A stretch of DNA of 64,000 bases from a virus (taxonomy: Duplodnaviria > Caudoviricetes): positions 1 to 64,000 of IMG/VR virus record IMGVR_UViG_2883497546_000001; one strand, 5' to 3'. This document shows positions 9,896 to 19,548 of this stretch, one piece after another; position 1 is the first letter of the stretch, and each line of letters begins with the position of its first letter. Below the pieces are notes generated by a model that did no database searches, was not told the origin of the DNA, and saw only the letters and a list, made by a program, of their open reading frames with translations. Both the position numbers and the translations under genes were made by a program.

Positions 9896-10750
9896 GGTCG
9901 TGTCTGAAAACCTGTATTTAGGACCTTAGCCAGTCAATCACTGCGGCGAAGTGAATAAGGGACAGGAAGTTCTGAGCAAGCTTGTCACGACGGGTGGCGG
10001 TGCAGCCCCATCGCTTCAAGCGGCAGAAGAAGTTCTCCACCCGGTATCGAGTGCGGTAAAGTTTCTTGGGGATGCGCACCTGATGTTTGCGGTTCTTCTT
10101 GGTGGGGAAGCACGGTTGATGACCCAAAGCGCGTAGTGTGTCGCGAAGTTTGTCATCATCAAAACCCTTGTCCCCCACGATGCGCAGATTACATCCCGCT
10201 CTGATTAGATTGACCACATGACGTCCTTCGTAAGCCTGTCCTTCAATGAGCGCTGTGTTGACCAAGCGACCTTGGGCATCGGTCAGAGCCATGAGCTTGG
10301 TGTTGCGTCCACCACGCGTCTTTCCCATGGCTTGTGTGGCAGCACCGCCAGCGGGATTGGCCGCGCATTGGTGCACCAGGATGTGAGTGCCATCCACCAA
10401 GCGCACCGGACCGCGGACTCGGCGCGTGAAGACCTCCAGGATTTTGAACCAAAGGCCCTCCTTGGCCCAGCGGCTGTGCCAGCCGTGAATGGTGGAGTAC
10501 GGCCCGAACCGCTCTGGCAGGTCACGCCAGGGCCCTGCGTTGCGCAGGCGATAGAACAGGGCGTCCAATAACAGGCCCAAGTCGGTGCGAGGTCGCCCGC
10601 CTTGATTTACCTGGGCACCACCATTTTTGTGAGCCGCTTTTTCAGCGGCTCCCACCAGAGAAATCGAACTTTCATGTCGTTCCTATGCTGCCACCAAATA
10701 TCCTCTGAGCCACGTTATTTAAGACTCATTTGAGGTTCTCAGACATGACC
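9896..10750 (-). mobile_element. IS5-family insertion sequence, 855 bp
   Basis: 18-bp TIRs GGTCGTGTCTGAAAACCT / GGTCATGTCTGAGAACCT; CTAG at both junctions (9893-9896, 10750-10753). Confidence 0.92.
9918..10655 (-). CDS. IS5-family DDE transposase
   Basis: GRP...WRDLPERFGPYSTI, LVDGT, GKTRGGRNTK, VGDKGFD, YRTRYRVENFFCRLK. Confidence 0.93.
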   Translation of the reverse strand: MGAAEKAAHKNGGAQVNQGGRPRTDLGLLLDALFYRLRNAGPWRDLPERFGPYSTIHGWHSRWAKEGLWFKILEVFTRRVRGPVRLVDGTHILVHQCAANPAGGAATQAMGKTRGGRNTKLMALTDAQGRLVNTALIEGQAYEGRHVVNLIRAGCNLRIVGDKGFDDDKLRDTLRALGHQPCFPTKKNRKHQVRIPKKLYRTRYRVENFFCRLKRWGCTATRRDKLAQNFLSLIHFAAVIDWLRS

Positions 10751-13700
10751 TAGGATTGTTCAGATGTGAAGAATCGCCTTGTGGACTTTGTTGTCGGGAT
10801 TCGGGGGCGATCGCATGCATCGCCACAAGAGGAGGTTGTGGTCCGTCTTTAATTGGCGATTGCAACGGAAGTCCGAATGCCAAGCGATTCTCTTCGGAAA
10901 TCTTCGCCGTTGCTCCTTGGCCTTCTTGAAATCTCCCATTTGTGCCAAAGGATGAAGCCCCGTTCAACAGTGTACGGGATGTTGTCATGGCGGTGACATC
11001 TGTGTCTTTACCTTTCGTCCCCTTCACCATCCCCCTCCGCGTCGCCCGGATAAGGCCACGCACGTGCGCATCAAGCACCTCTTGGGTCATCTCTTGGGAC
11101 GGAGCACCCAGCGGATTGAACGCACGCACCACCCAGTCGCGCATCGCCTGCCACATGCGCTGCATCACACTGCCGGGTTCTAGTTGCGCACGGCCCTCCA
11201 TGTTGCCCACCTGATGGGCAAACCACTCCAGCGCCAGCGCCTCCCTATTGCCGGTCAAGTGCGTGTAGCGCCCTTCAAGCTCTTGCATCTGCTCAGCGGG
11301 TATCGCCGCCGCCAGCTTCTTCCATTCCTCAGCAAACTTGCTGTCGCTCTCCCGCAACGCATCAAACCCATGGTGCCCCACCCGCTCATGCACCACCACG
11401 CGTGCAAGTGCCTGCGCCGCCGTCTCGCCCTCCAGCACACGCACATTGTCACGGAAGATCACCACCGTGCCATCACGCGGGTCATGGAATCCCTCTGCGT
11501 CCTGCATGATGTCCCAGTCCTCCGCGTGATAGCGTTGCTGTTCGGGACGACCTTGCAGACCATCCAGGGCCGCGTGGTTATCCACGACAAGCACGTTGCC
11601 ATAGATGGCACGCCCCTGCGCCGTGTTCTTGAGCCGCGCCTCCGCAGCAGTCGTCTCCGCCCGCGTTACACCGGTCCGCTTGACTCGCTCGGAGCCGGTG
11701 GCTTCGCCTAGGCTGTAGAAGAGGATGTTTGGACTTTGGTCTGTGCCACGTAGTCTAAATAACGGTGACTCAGATTGCGAAGTTGCTTCTCCTCCTCTGT
11801 GAGGTGGGTATGCGCCGAAAGATTTTGAAGGACGCGACCCAAGCTCCAGTCCCTCCAGCCTGACTTTTGCCAGGAGGGCCCGAGCAAGCGTTGTCTCACC
11901 AACTCCGCTACGTCCGGGGTCCAGTCCTGTAACGAGAGCTGCGTAATCGTCTTCAGAAAGTTGTCGCCAGTGAGATGGTCCTCCATCCGTGCCTCCTTGC
12001 TTTTGCCATACAGTATCCGTGTCTGGGTCATAACGCAAGTCCTCCAGCGACTTTCCTCGTGCCTGCATTTCACTGGCCACGTAGTTCATCTCCGCACGCA
12101 GTAGCAGATCCAGATTGTGTCTGAAGTCCACCTCCGACTTCTCCTCGCGCCATTCTGACCTTGCCGGTAGGAACTTGTTATTTCTGTCTTTGGCGTCATA
12201 TGGCTGCAAATGCCGTGAAGTGCGGTGCCGCAGCATGCTGGAGATCATGTGGCTGATGCGTCTTCGTTGGGCAATCGGAGTGACATCACGCCCATCTGGT
12301 ATGAACACCAGGCCGTTGTTGTGCGCATAGGTCTGCACTGCCTGGTAAATGAGGTCGCCTCCCTGCACCTTCTTGGCGACCTGACCCGCGCGATTACCCT
12401 GCGTGTCCACCCAGACCGTGCCATCAGTCATGACATTGACCACCACATCTCCGCCTTGGTTGATCTTTACGGTGTAGGACCGTGCAATGTCCTCGTTCAT
12501 GGGCACATTGGGCTCCACCAGCACATTTTCGGGCTCCTTCACTTTGGACGCCATCGTCTGCATGATGGCATTCAGATCCTTATCAGCCACCGCGGGCCCG
12601 CGCCGGAACGTGTCATCTGTAGCCAGTGACTGGAATGTCTCCGCCAGTACGTTGACGTCACTGCCGCCTTGCCGCTGCTGCGCATCAGCGCCACTGAAGC
12701 TCAGTCTCCCTTCAGCCCCCACACCCACCTCCGCTGGCATCTGCGTTTCCTTGCCACCACCATCATTTCCCATCACACCCTCCACCGCCAGCGAACCACC
12801 TCGCGAGATCACCTGCGAAGTGATCAGCGCCGTGATGTCATTAAACTCGGCGGACTGAACGCCTCACCCTCAAACACCGTGTGCCCCAGCGCCGCCACAT
12901 ACTCCTCCAGCACCTCCTCCGGCATCCCCTGAATCTCCATCTTCGCCAGCCGTTCATTCGCCCGCGCCAGGAACCTCGCTGCCTTCTCCGCACCCATCTT
13001 CTGCGCAAACGCCTGGAAGAGCCCCTCCTTCACTACCGCCTCCTGCTGCCCCGCACTCATCCGCCGGAACGCCTTCGCCACCCCCGGCGCCTTGATGAAG
13101 CCACCCAGCCTCTCTGAACCATTCTCCACCATCTGGTGCACAAACGCCCCTCGCAGCTTCTCCCACGGCGACCCCGGTTGATACCCCGCCTCCAGGCCAA
13201 GGATCACCTTCCCATCCGCACCCCGGTGCATCTCCAACCCCTCGAAGTGCAGGTCCGTAAAAGCCTTGCTCGCCACATGCGAGGCCGAGGCCGCCACCGT
13301 CTGCCCCGCCAGTCCCAGCGTCCCCAGCGCCAGGCGCGTCAGCAGCAGTTTCTCCACCTCATGACGGCCCTCCACCGTCGCCAGTCGACGCAGCCCCAGC
13401 CCCGCCAGATCCATCGCGCCCTTCTTCGTCGCCGTCGCCGCCCCGCCCGTCGTCCCCAGTTCCACACCGAACGACGCCGAGCTCACCGTGAAGTCCAGCA
13501 CCTGCCCCCACCATGAGTTCTCGCGCCTCATCTCCGTGAGTGCCTCCTGCAACATGATGGCGTCACCATCGGTCATCTGCTCACCCCGTTTCAGCTTCTC
13601 CGCGGAAGCCGCCACCGACGCCAGATAACCTATTTCCACAAACCCACCTACAAACGGCGCCCGTTCCTCCCAGAACCGCGGATTGAGCAGCAACTCCACC

Positions 13701-13804
13701 ACACCTTTCGGCAGCTCACTTGCCGAATCGAAGATCGCCTGACTCTCAAACGCCGCCATCAGTGCCTCATCATCATCCAGAATCGGCCCCAGTGCCGCCC
13801 GCAT
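10751..13804 (-). pseudogene. Cassette 4: second polyvalent/ejection-like protein fragment (frameshift near 12850, IS-interrupted)
   Basis: ORFs 12824-13804 and 10719-12812 abut in different frames; contains LARVVVHERVGHHG (zincin-like HExxGH); begins right after the boundary repeat. Confidence 0.6.
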
Positions 13805-14018
13805 CTTTTCAGGAAGCGGACCCGCGGGACGACAGGGTAGGGGAGTCTATCAGCGAGTACCTTTGGATTGCCCGGAGGGCCTTCGAATACCCACCCAGCT
13901 CACGCTCCACCTTCATCGGACTGACGTTGGGCCCCACAAGTAGTGGAGCGCTAATAGCCTGCAGCACGTCCTACCAGCCATCCCCGTTTTTTAGATGCAT
14001 GGCTGTGACCTGCTTCCA

Positions 14019-14573
14019 TTACTGATTTTCGATGAAGCTCAACAAGGCCTTGGCGTCTTTGTATTTCCACGGTGCCGGATTGCCAAACTGCACCACCTCA
14101 CCGCGCTCCTTCACTCCCGCCGCTTGCCGCACCGCCGCGTTCAGCCCTTCGGTCACCAGACCCGCCGGCAGCCGCGTCCCATCCTTGCGACGCCCCAGCA
14201 CATCCGCCGTCACAATCGCACTGATGGCCTCCGTCAGCGACCGCGGTGCCTTGTCCGCAGACCCCAGCACCTCCGCATCCGCCGCACTCAGGAACTTCTG
14301 CCCCGTTGCCTTCTCCGCCAGGCGCACCCACAGCAGCCCCTGCTCCCGTGTATAGCGACCGTTATCCAGTCCCGCCTTCCACCGGCCCTCAACCTGCTCC
14401 TCCACCGCAGTAAGCACATTGCCCCCGCGGAAGATGGTCGAGACCATCGTGCGCACATTATTACGTCGCTCCGCCCGATTGCTTCCCAGCACATGCCACG
14501 TCGCCGCCAGCGACTCCTCCCGCGTCATCCCACGCAGCTGCCCCGCCACCACCGCAGCGTCCGCCGCCTGTTC
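14019..14573 (-). pseudogene. Cassette 3: truncated anchor copy fused to an unrelated 20-aa tail
   Basis: Near-identical to ~22613-23106 up to VVQFG, then NPAPWKYKDAKALLSFIENQ*. Confidence 0.8.
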
Positions 14574-14708
14574 AGCAGACCTGTTGTAGATGCATCAGTG
14601 GAGCAGGGGAGTACCCATCTGGATAGCCCGGAGGGCCTTCGAATACCCACCCAGCTCACGCTCCACCTTCATCGGACTGACGTTTGGCGTTCTCCAGAGT
14701 CTGCGTTG

Positions 14709-17086
14709 TCACTTGGCAGCTGCTGCTGCGGCACGCTCCAGATTTTCACGAAGCGCTCCTTTCGGATGCAATACCTTCACATCGAAAGGAAGCAGGAGAT
14801 CGCCAACACGTACGGCATTCTCTTGGTGGAGATCTATCACGGCCGTATTGTCGGAAGCACGGTAGAAGGAGGATGGAGGCACGAGTTGCACAAAGCCTTG
14901 CTCTCTCATTGTCTTGCCGATGAAATTCGTATCTACGGAGTCTCCTCTGATCGTCGGTTGTGAGATGACGAGTCTTACACCGCCATCGCGATCAATATGC
15001 ACCCCATGAACCGCTATGTCATCGCCAAAAAGGGCATTGGCATTGGCTGCACTTTCAAGGTAGTTGATAATGGATGCCTCTTCCCGACGCATGTCCCACG
15101 TTCCTTGGTGGGCAACCGGCCACATCCCAAAATATTCACCCACACCGAGCGTCAACTTTATCACCCGATCCCCGTGAAGAAATACATGGTGTTCCATTTG
15201 ACCCACGTCTTCAGCACCATCGAGTGCCCATTCTGGTGGGAGACTTTGAATCAGGACTCTGCGTTCTCTTGCCCAGTCGACGAGCCATGCCCGCTCCCGT
15301 CGTCGCTGCGCAGTCCGAGCTTGCGGTCCTCCTGCCGGGCTTCCCGTAGGCGGCGCACTTGTGCCAAAAACTCTTCGGTAGTCATGGTGCGCTGTTTCGA
15401 GACGAGTTCGCGCCTCTCCTCGGGAGTGGCCAAATGAGGGACGCCGCGAAGGTGTGGTGGAGTGCTGCGAAGTTCCATAAAGCAAGTTGTCTATATCATT
15501 GATGGCGTTGTCTTGCGAGCGTTTCTTGTCCTCGTCATTTCCGTGATAGGCTTGCCATTGAGCCTGAAGTCGATCGTGAAGAGGTTTGTTTTCGTGTTCG
15601 AGGAATTCTGCGCTTGAATACCCTGCGGCCCGGGCCGCCTGATTGAGCCAAGCAGCAGGACTGAGGGAATGGGATTGACTTCCAGCCTCTTCAGTAGTAG
15701 TATTGTCTTGCGCTCCTGGTTGAGGTGTCTGTACCGCTTGAGACTGGGGCTGTCTCGGAATCCCGATAGCACCGGGACCCCCTTGAGGGGCTAGGCCGGA
15801 AACAGGTCGGACTCGTTCGACCAATGCGCCCCTGAATTGACGCTTGCTCAGTTCGGGGGCGTACTGCGTTACGAGGGCATATTGATCTTTGATGGCACCG
15901 TCCTCGACAATGACCATGTGAGTTCCCTCCGCGTAGTTGCGGAAGTAGAATGTCTCAGGTCCATTGGTCACTCGTACCTGCGCATCGGAGATGGTTTTCT
16001 CTACCGCTCCCACCCAATCCAACTTCTCGGGGCGCAGCGTGCGATCTTCCTGATTCTTGTCGATATTTTCTCCAATGAGATGAGCTGCGCGGTTCTCCAA
16101 CGGATCACCAAATGCTCCTCGCTTTTGGGGATTGGCTATGGTGACTTTGCTCCCCAAGGGTCTTCGACTTTGGGTGCCTTTCCTAACCAAGCGGCAACGT
16201 TCCGCACCAGTGTTTCCCAAGTTCCGCGCCTTTCCGCAAACACGGGGCGACTGTCTTTGAGCTTCGGCAGAAACTTCTTCGCAGAATCCCACGTGTGCCC
16301 CGTCTTCACCTCCTCCCACGACCCCGGCTTGTCCTGCCTCATCTTCGGCACCATGCCGAATGTCGCCACATCGATCTCCCCACGGCTTGCTGCCTCCTCC
16401 GTTATCGATTCGGAACGACTCGTATCATCGATAGCCGCACTTTCATTACCATTGCCTCTTCCATCCGTCCCCATCAAATCATCCAGGAACCCCTCATAGT
16501 CCGCCCCCAGCCGTCCCTCCGCTCGCGCCTTGTTCAGCGCCCGTGCCCGTGAAAACACCTGCCCAAACAACGCCCGCCACGCCCGCAGGAACTGCCCAAA
16601 CTGCACCACCTCACCGCGCTCCTTCACTCCCGCCGCTTGCCGCACCGCCGCGTTCAGCCCTTCGGTCACCAGACCCGCCGGCAGCCGCGTCCCATCCTTG
16701 CGACGCCCCAGCACATCCGCCGTCACAATCGCACTGATGGCCTCCGTCAGCGACCGCGGTGCCTTGTCCGCAGACCCCAGCACCTCCGCATCCGCCGCAC
16801 TCAGGAACTTCTGCCCCGTCGCCTTCTCCGCCAGCCGCACCCACGCCAGCCCCTGCTCGCGTGTATAGCGCCCGTTATCCAACCCCGACTTCCACCGTCC
16901 CTCAATCGGCTCCTCCACCGCCGTGAGCACATTCCCTCCGCGGAAGATGGTCGAGACCATCGTGCGCACATTATTGCGCCGCTCCGCACGATTGCTTCCC
17001 AGCACATGCCAGGTCGCCACCAGCGACTCCTCCCGCGTCATCCCGCGCAGCTGCCCTGCCACCACCGCAGCGTCCGCCGCTTGTTC
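14709..17086 (-). pseudogene. Cassette 2: anchor + shared domain B + alternative polyvalent-protein kinase tip (1-nt frameshift near 16146)
   Basis: GGTGACTTTGC here versus GGTGACTTTTGC in cassette 1; tip GQMEHHVF...VIKLT...NALFGDDI...VISQP...DLHQEN...PFD. Confidence 0.8.
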
Positions 17087-17212
17087 AGCGGAACTGCTAT
17101 ATATTTATCAGCAGGACAGTCTGCATAGCCTAGTGGGCCTTCGAACAACCACCTAGCTCACGCTCCACCTACACGGACCTGACGTTGGTGCGTTTAGACT
17201 TGCTAAGCTGTG

Positions 17213-17419
17213 CTACAGCATCGGAATAACACGAGCCCCGCCTTCATACACTTGGATACGAATGAACCCAGGTTCGATCTCCTTCGTCTTTTCAGTGGCT
17301 ATTGAGCACTCCCAAAGATCTTTGTCTTTGTCTTTGAAAAGAGCAATGTCAATCGCGTCAGAGGCTGCTACACCTGATTTGCTGAGCGCGATTTGTAATA
17401 TTTTGAAAGGGTCATTCAT
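17213..17419 (-). CDS. Putative immunity protein A (68 aa)
   Basis: ATGA overlap with the toxin stop; paralog of 9169-9375; lower GC. Confidence 0.7.
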   Translation of the reverse strand: MNDPFKILQIALSKSGVAASDAIDIALFKDKDKDLWECSIATEKTKEIEPGFIRIQVYEGGARVIPML

Positions 17420-19416
17420 ATTCCAAGCATGTATTTGAGTGTTCTAGGCCCGAACTTTCTATAAGCAATCAGAGCGTCTTCAATCGCACGATCAATTTCA
17501 AAATCAGTAAACCGGTAGTCATATTTGGCAATCTGATCAAAGACGTACATCTCTCGATCGAATGTGCGCATTTTACGGTAGCCTGCCAGGCCCAATTCAG
17601 CCCGTTGTCTAGCATGGCAGAGTTCGTGGAAGTAGTCAAGGTAAGTGGCATCCGAACCCAAGTGCATTTGGCAGGTTTCAGGATTGAATCCAGCGCGCGC
17701 TTCCTGGCTTTCAAGATAGGCGTCAGAGTTTCTCACCAACGTCCACTTGCTCTCTCCAGCAGGCGTAAGGTCGGCCATTCTCTTTTCGATTGCATCGAGC
17801 ATGCCTTCCGTGAGCAGGATTCCTTCATGCCTGCCTGTGCCTCGGAAAGGTGCAGTATCGATCTCCCCTGAAACCCGCGAGTTTCTTGCTGCCTTCAGCT
17901 TGTCTACCAGCTGGTTCAATTCTTCAGCCGAAGTGGGAGCAACAAAGGCAGCGCCGGGACTTCTAAGAGTTGTGCCGGGGTCTTCTGGGAGCAACGACAT
18001 CGATTGACTTCCAGCCTCTTCAGTAGTAGTATCCTCTTGCGCTCCTGGTTGAGGTGTCTGTACCGCTTGAGACTGGGGCTGTCTCGGAATCCCGATAGCA
18101 CCGGGACCCCCTTGAGGGGCTAGGCCGGCACCCGGTCGGATTCGTTCGACCAATGCGCCCCTGAATTGACGCTTGCTCAGTTCGGGGGCGTACTGCGTTA
18201 CGAGAGCATATTGATCTTTGATAGCGCCGTCCTCGACAACGACCATGTGAGTTCCCTCCGCATAGCTGCGGAAGTAGAAGGTCTCAGGCCCATTGGTGAC
18301 TCGCACTTGCGCATGTGAGATGGTTTTCTCGACCGCCCCAACCCAATCCAGTTTTTCGGGGCGCAGTGTACGATTTTCCTGAGCTTTGTCTACATTCTCA
18401 CCAATCAAGTGTGCGGCTCGATTCTCCAGTGGGTCACCAAACGCTCCTCGTCTTTGGGGATGGGCTATGGTGACTTTTGCCCCCCACGGGTCTTCGACCT
18501 TGGGTGCCTTTCCTAACCACGCAGCAACGTTCCGCACCACCGTCTCCCAAGTGCCGCGCCTTTCGGCAAACACAGGGCGACTGTCTTTGAGCTTCGGCAG
18601 GAACTTCTTTGCAGAATCCCACGTGTGCCCCGTCTTCACCTCCTCCCACGACCCCGGCTTGTCCTGCCTCATCTTCGGCACCATGCCGAATGTCGCCAGA
18701 TCGATCTCCCCACGGCTTGCTGCCTCCTCCGTTATCGATTCGGAACGACTCGTATCATCGATAGCCGCACTTTCATTACCATTGCCTCTTCCATCCGTCC
18801 CCATCAAATCATCCAGGAACCCCTCATAGTCCGCCCCCAGCCGTCCCTCCGCTCGCGCCCTGTTCAGTGCCCGTGCCCGTGAAAACACCTGCCCAAACAG
18901 CGCACGCCACGCCCGCAGGAACTGCCCAAACTGCACCACCTCACTTCGCTCCTTCACTCCCGCCGCTTGCCGCAACGCCGCGTTCAGCCCTTCGGTCACC
19001 AGACCCGCCGGCAGCTTCGTCCCATCCTTGCGACGCCCCAGCACATCCGCCGTCACAATCGCACTGATGGCCTCCGTCAGCGACCGCGGTGCCTTATCCG
19101 CAGACCCCAGCACCACCTCATCCGCATCCGCCAGGAACTTCTGCCCCGTCGCCTTCTCCGCCAGCCGCACCCACGCCAGCCCCTGCTCGCGTGTATAGCG
19201 ACCGTTATCCAGCCCGGACTTCCACCGGCCCTCAATCGGTTCCTCCACCGCCGTGAGCACATTGCCCCCGCGGAAGATGGTCGAGACCATCGTGCGCACG
19301 TTGTTGCGCCGCTCCGCACGATTGCTTCCCAACACATGCCACGTCGCCGCCAGCGACTCCTCCCGCGTCATTCCACGCAGTTGCCCCGCCACCACCGCCG
19401 CGTCCGCCGCCTGCAC
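17416..19416 (-). CDS. Cassette 1: anchor + domain B + HExxH metallopeptidase toxin tip (probably silent, no genuine start)
   Basis: Near-identical to 22418-23103 and similar to 21017-21746; tip DATYLDYFHELCHARQRAELGLAGY. Confidence 0.8.
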   Translation of the reverse strand: MQAADAAVVAGQLRGMTREESLAATWHVLGSNRAERRNNVRTMVSTIFRGGNVLTAVEEPIEGRWKSGLDNGRYTREQGLAWVRLAEKATGQKFLADADEVVLGSADKAPRSLTEAISAIVTADVLGRRKDGTKLPAGLVTEGLNAALRQAAGVKERSEVVQFGQFLRAWRALFGQVFSRARALNRARAEGRLGADYEGFLDDLMGTDGRGNGNESAAIDDTSRSESITEEAASRGEIDLATFGMVPKMRQDKPGSWEEVKTGHTWDSAKKFLPKLKDSRPVFAERRGTWETVVRNVAAWLGKAPKVEDPWGAKVTIAHPQRRGAFGDPLENRAAHLIGENVDKAQENRTLRPEKLDWVGAVEKTISHAQVRVTNGPETFYFRSYAEGTHMVVVEDGAIKDQYALVTQYAPELSKRQFRGALVERIRPGAGLAPQGGPGAIGIPRQPQSQAVQTPQPGAQEDTTTEEAGSQSMSLLPEDPGTTLRSPGAAFVAPTSAEELNQLVDKLKAARNSRVSGEIDTAPFRGTGRHEGILLTEGMLDAIEKRMADLTPAGESKWTLVRNSDAYLESQEARAGFNPETCQMHLGSDATYLDYFHELCHARQRAELGLAGYRKMRTFDREMYVFDQIAKYDYRFTDFEIDRAIEDALIAYRKFGPRTLKYMLGI

Positions 19417-19548
19417 AGCAGACCTGCTATGTCTATATCAGCGGAGTAGGGGAGCACCCATCTGGATAGCCCGGAGGGCCTTCGAATACCATCCCAGCTC
19501 ACGCTCCATCTGCACGGGCCTGACGTTGGACCTGCGGGAGCACATCTG

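Noticed and set aside
6697-19529. Integron attC sites
   Set aside because: Only some copies begin with RYYYAAC; no matching GTTRRRY end or full-length hairpin is evident, and there is no integrase
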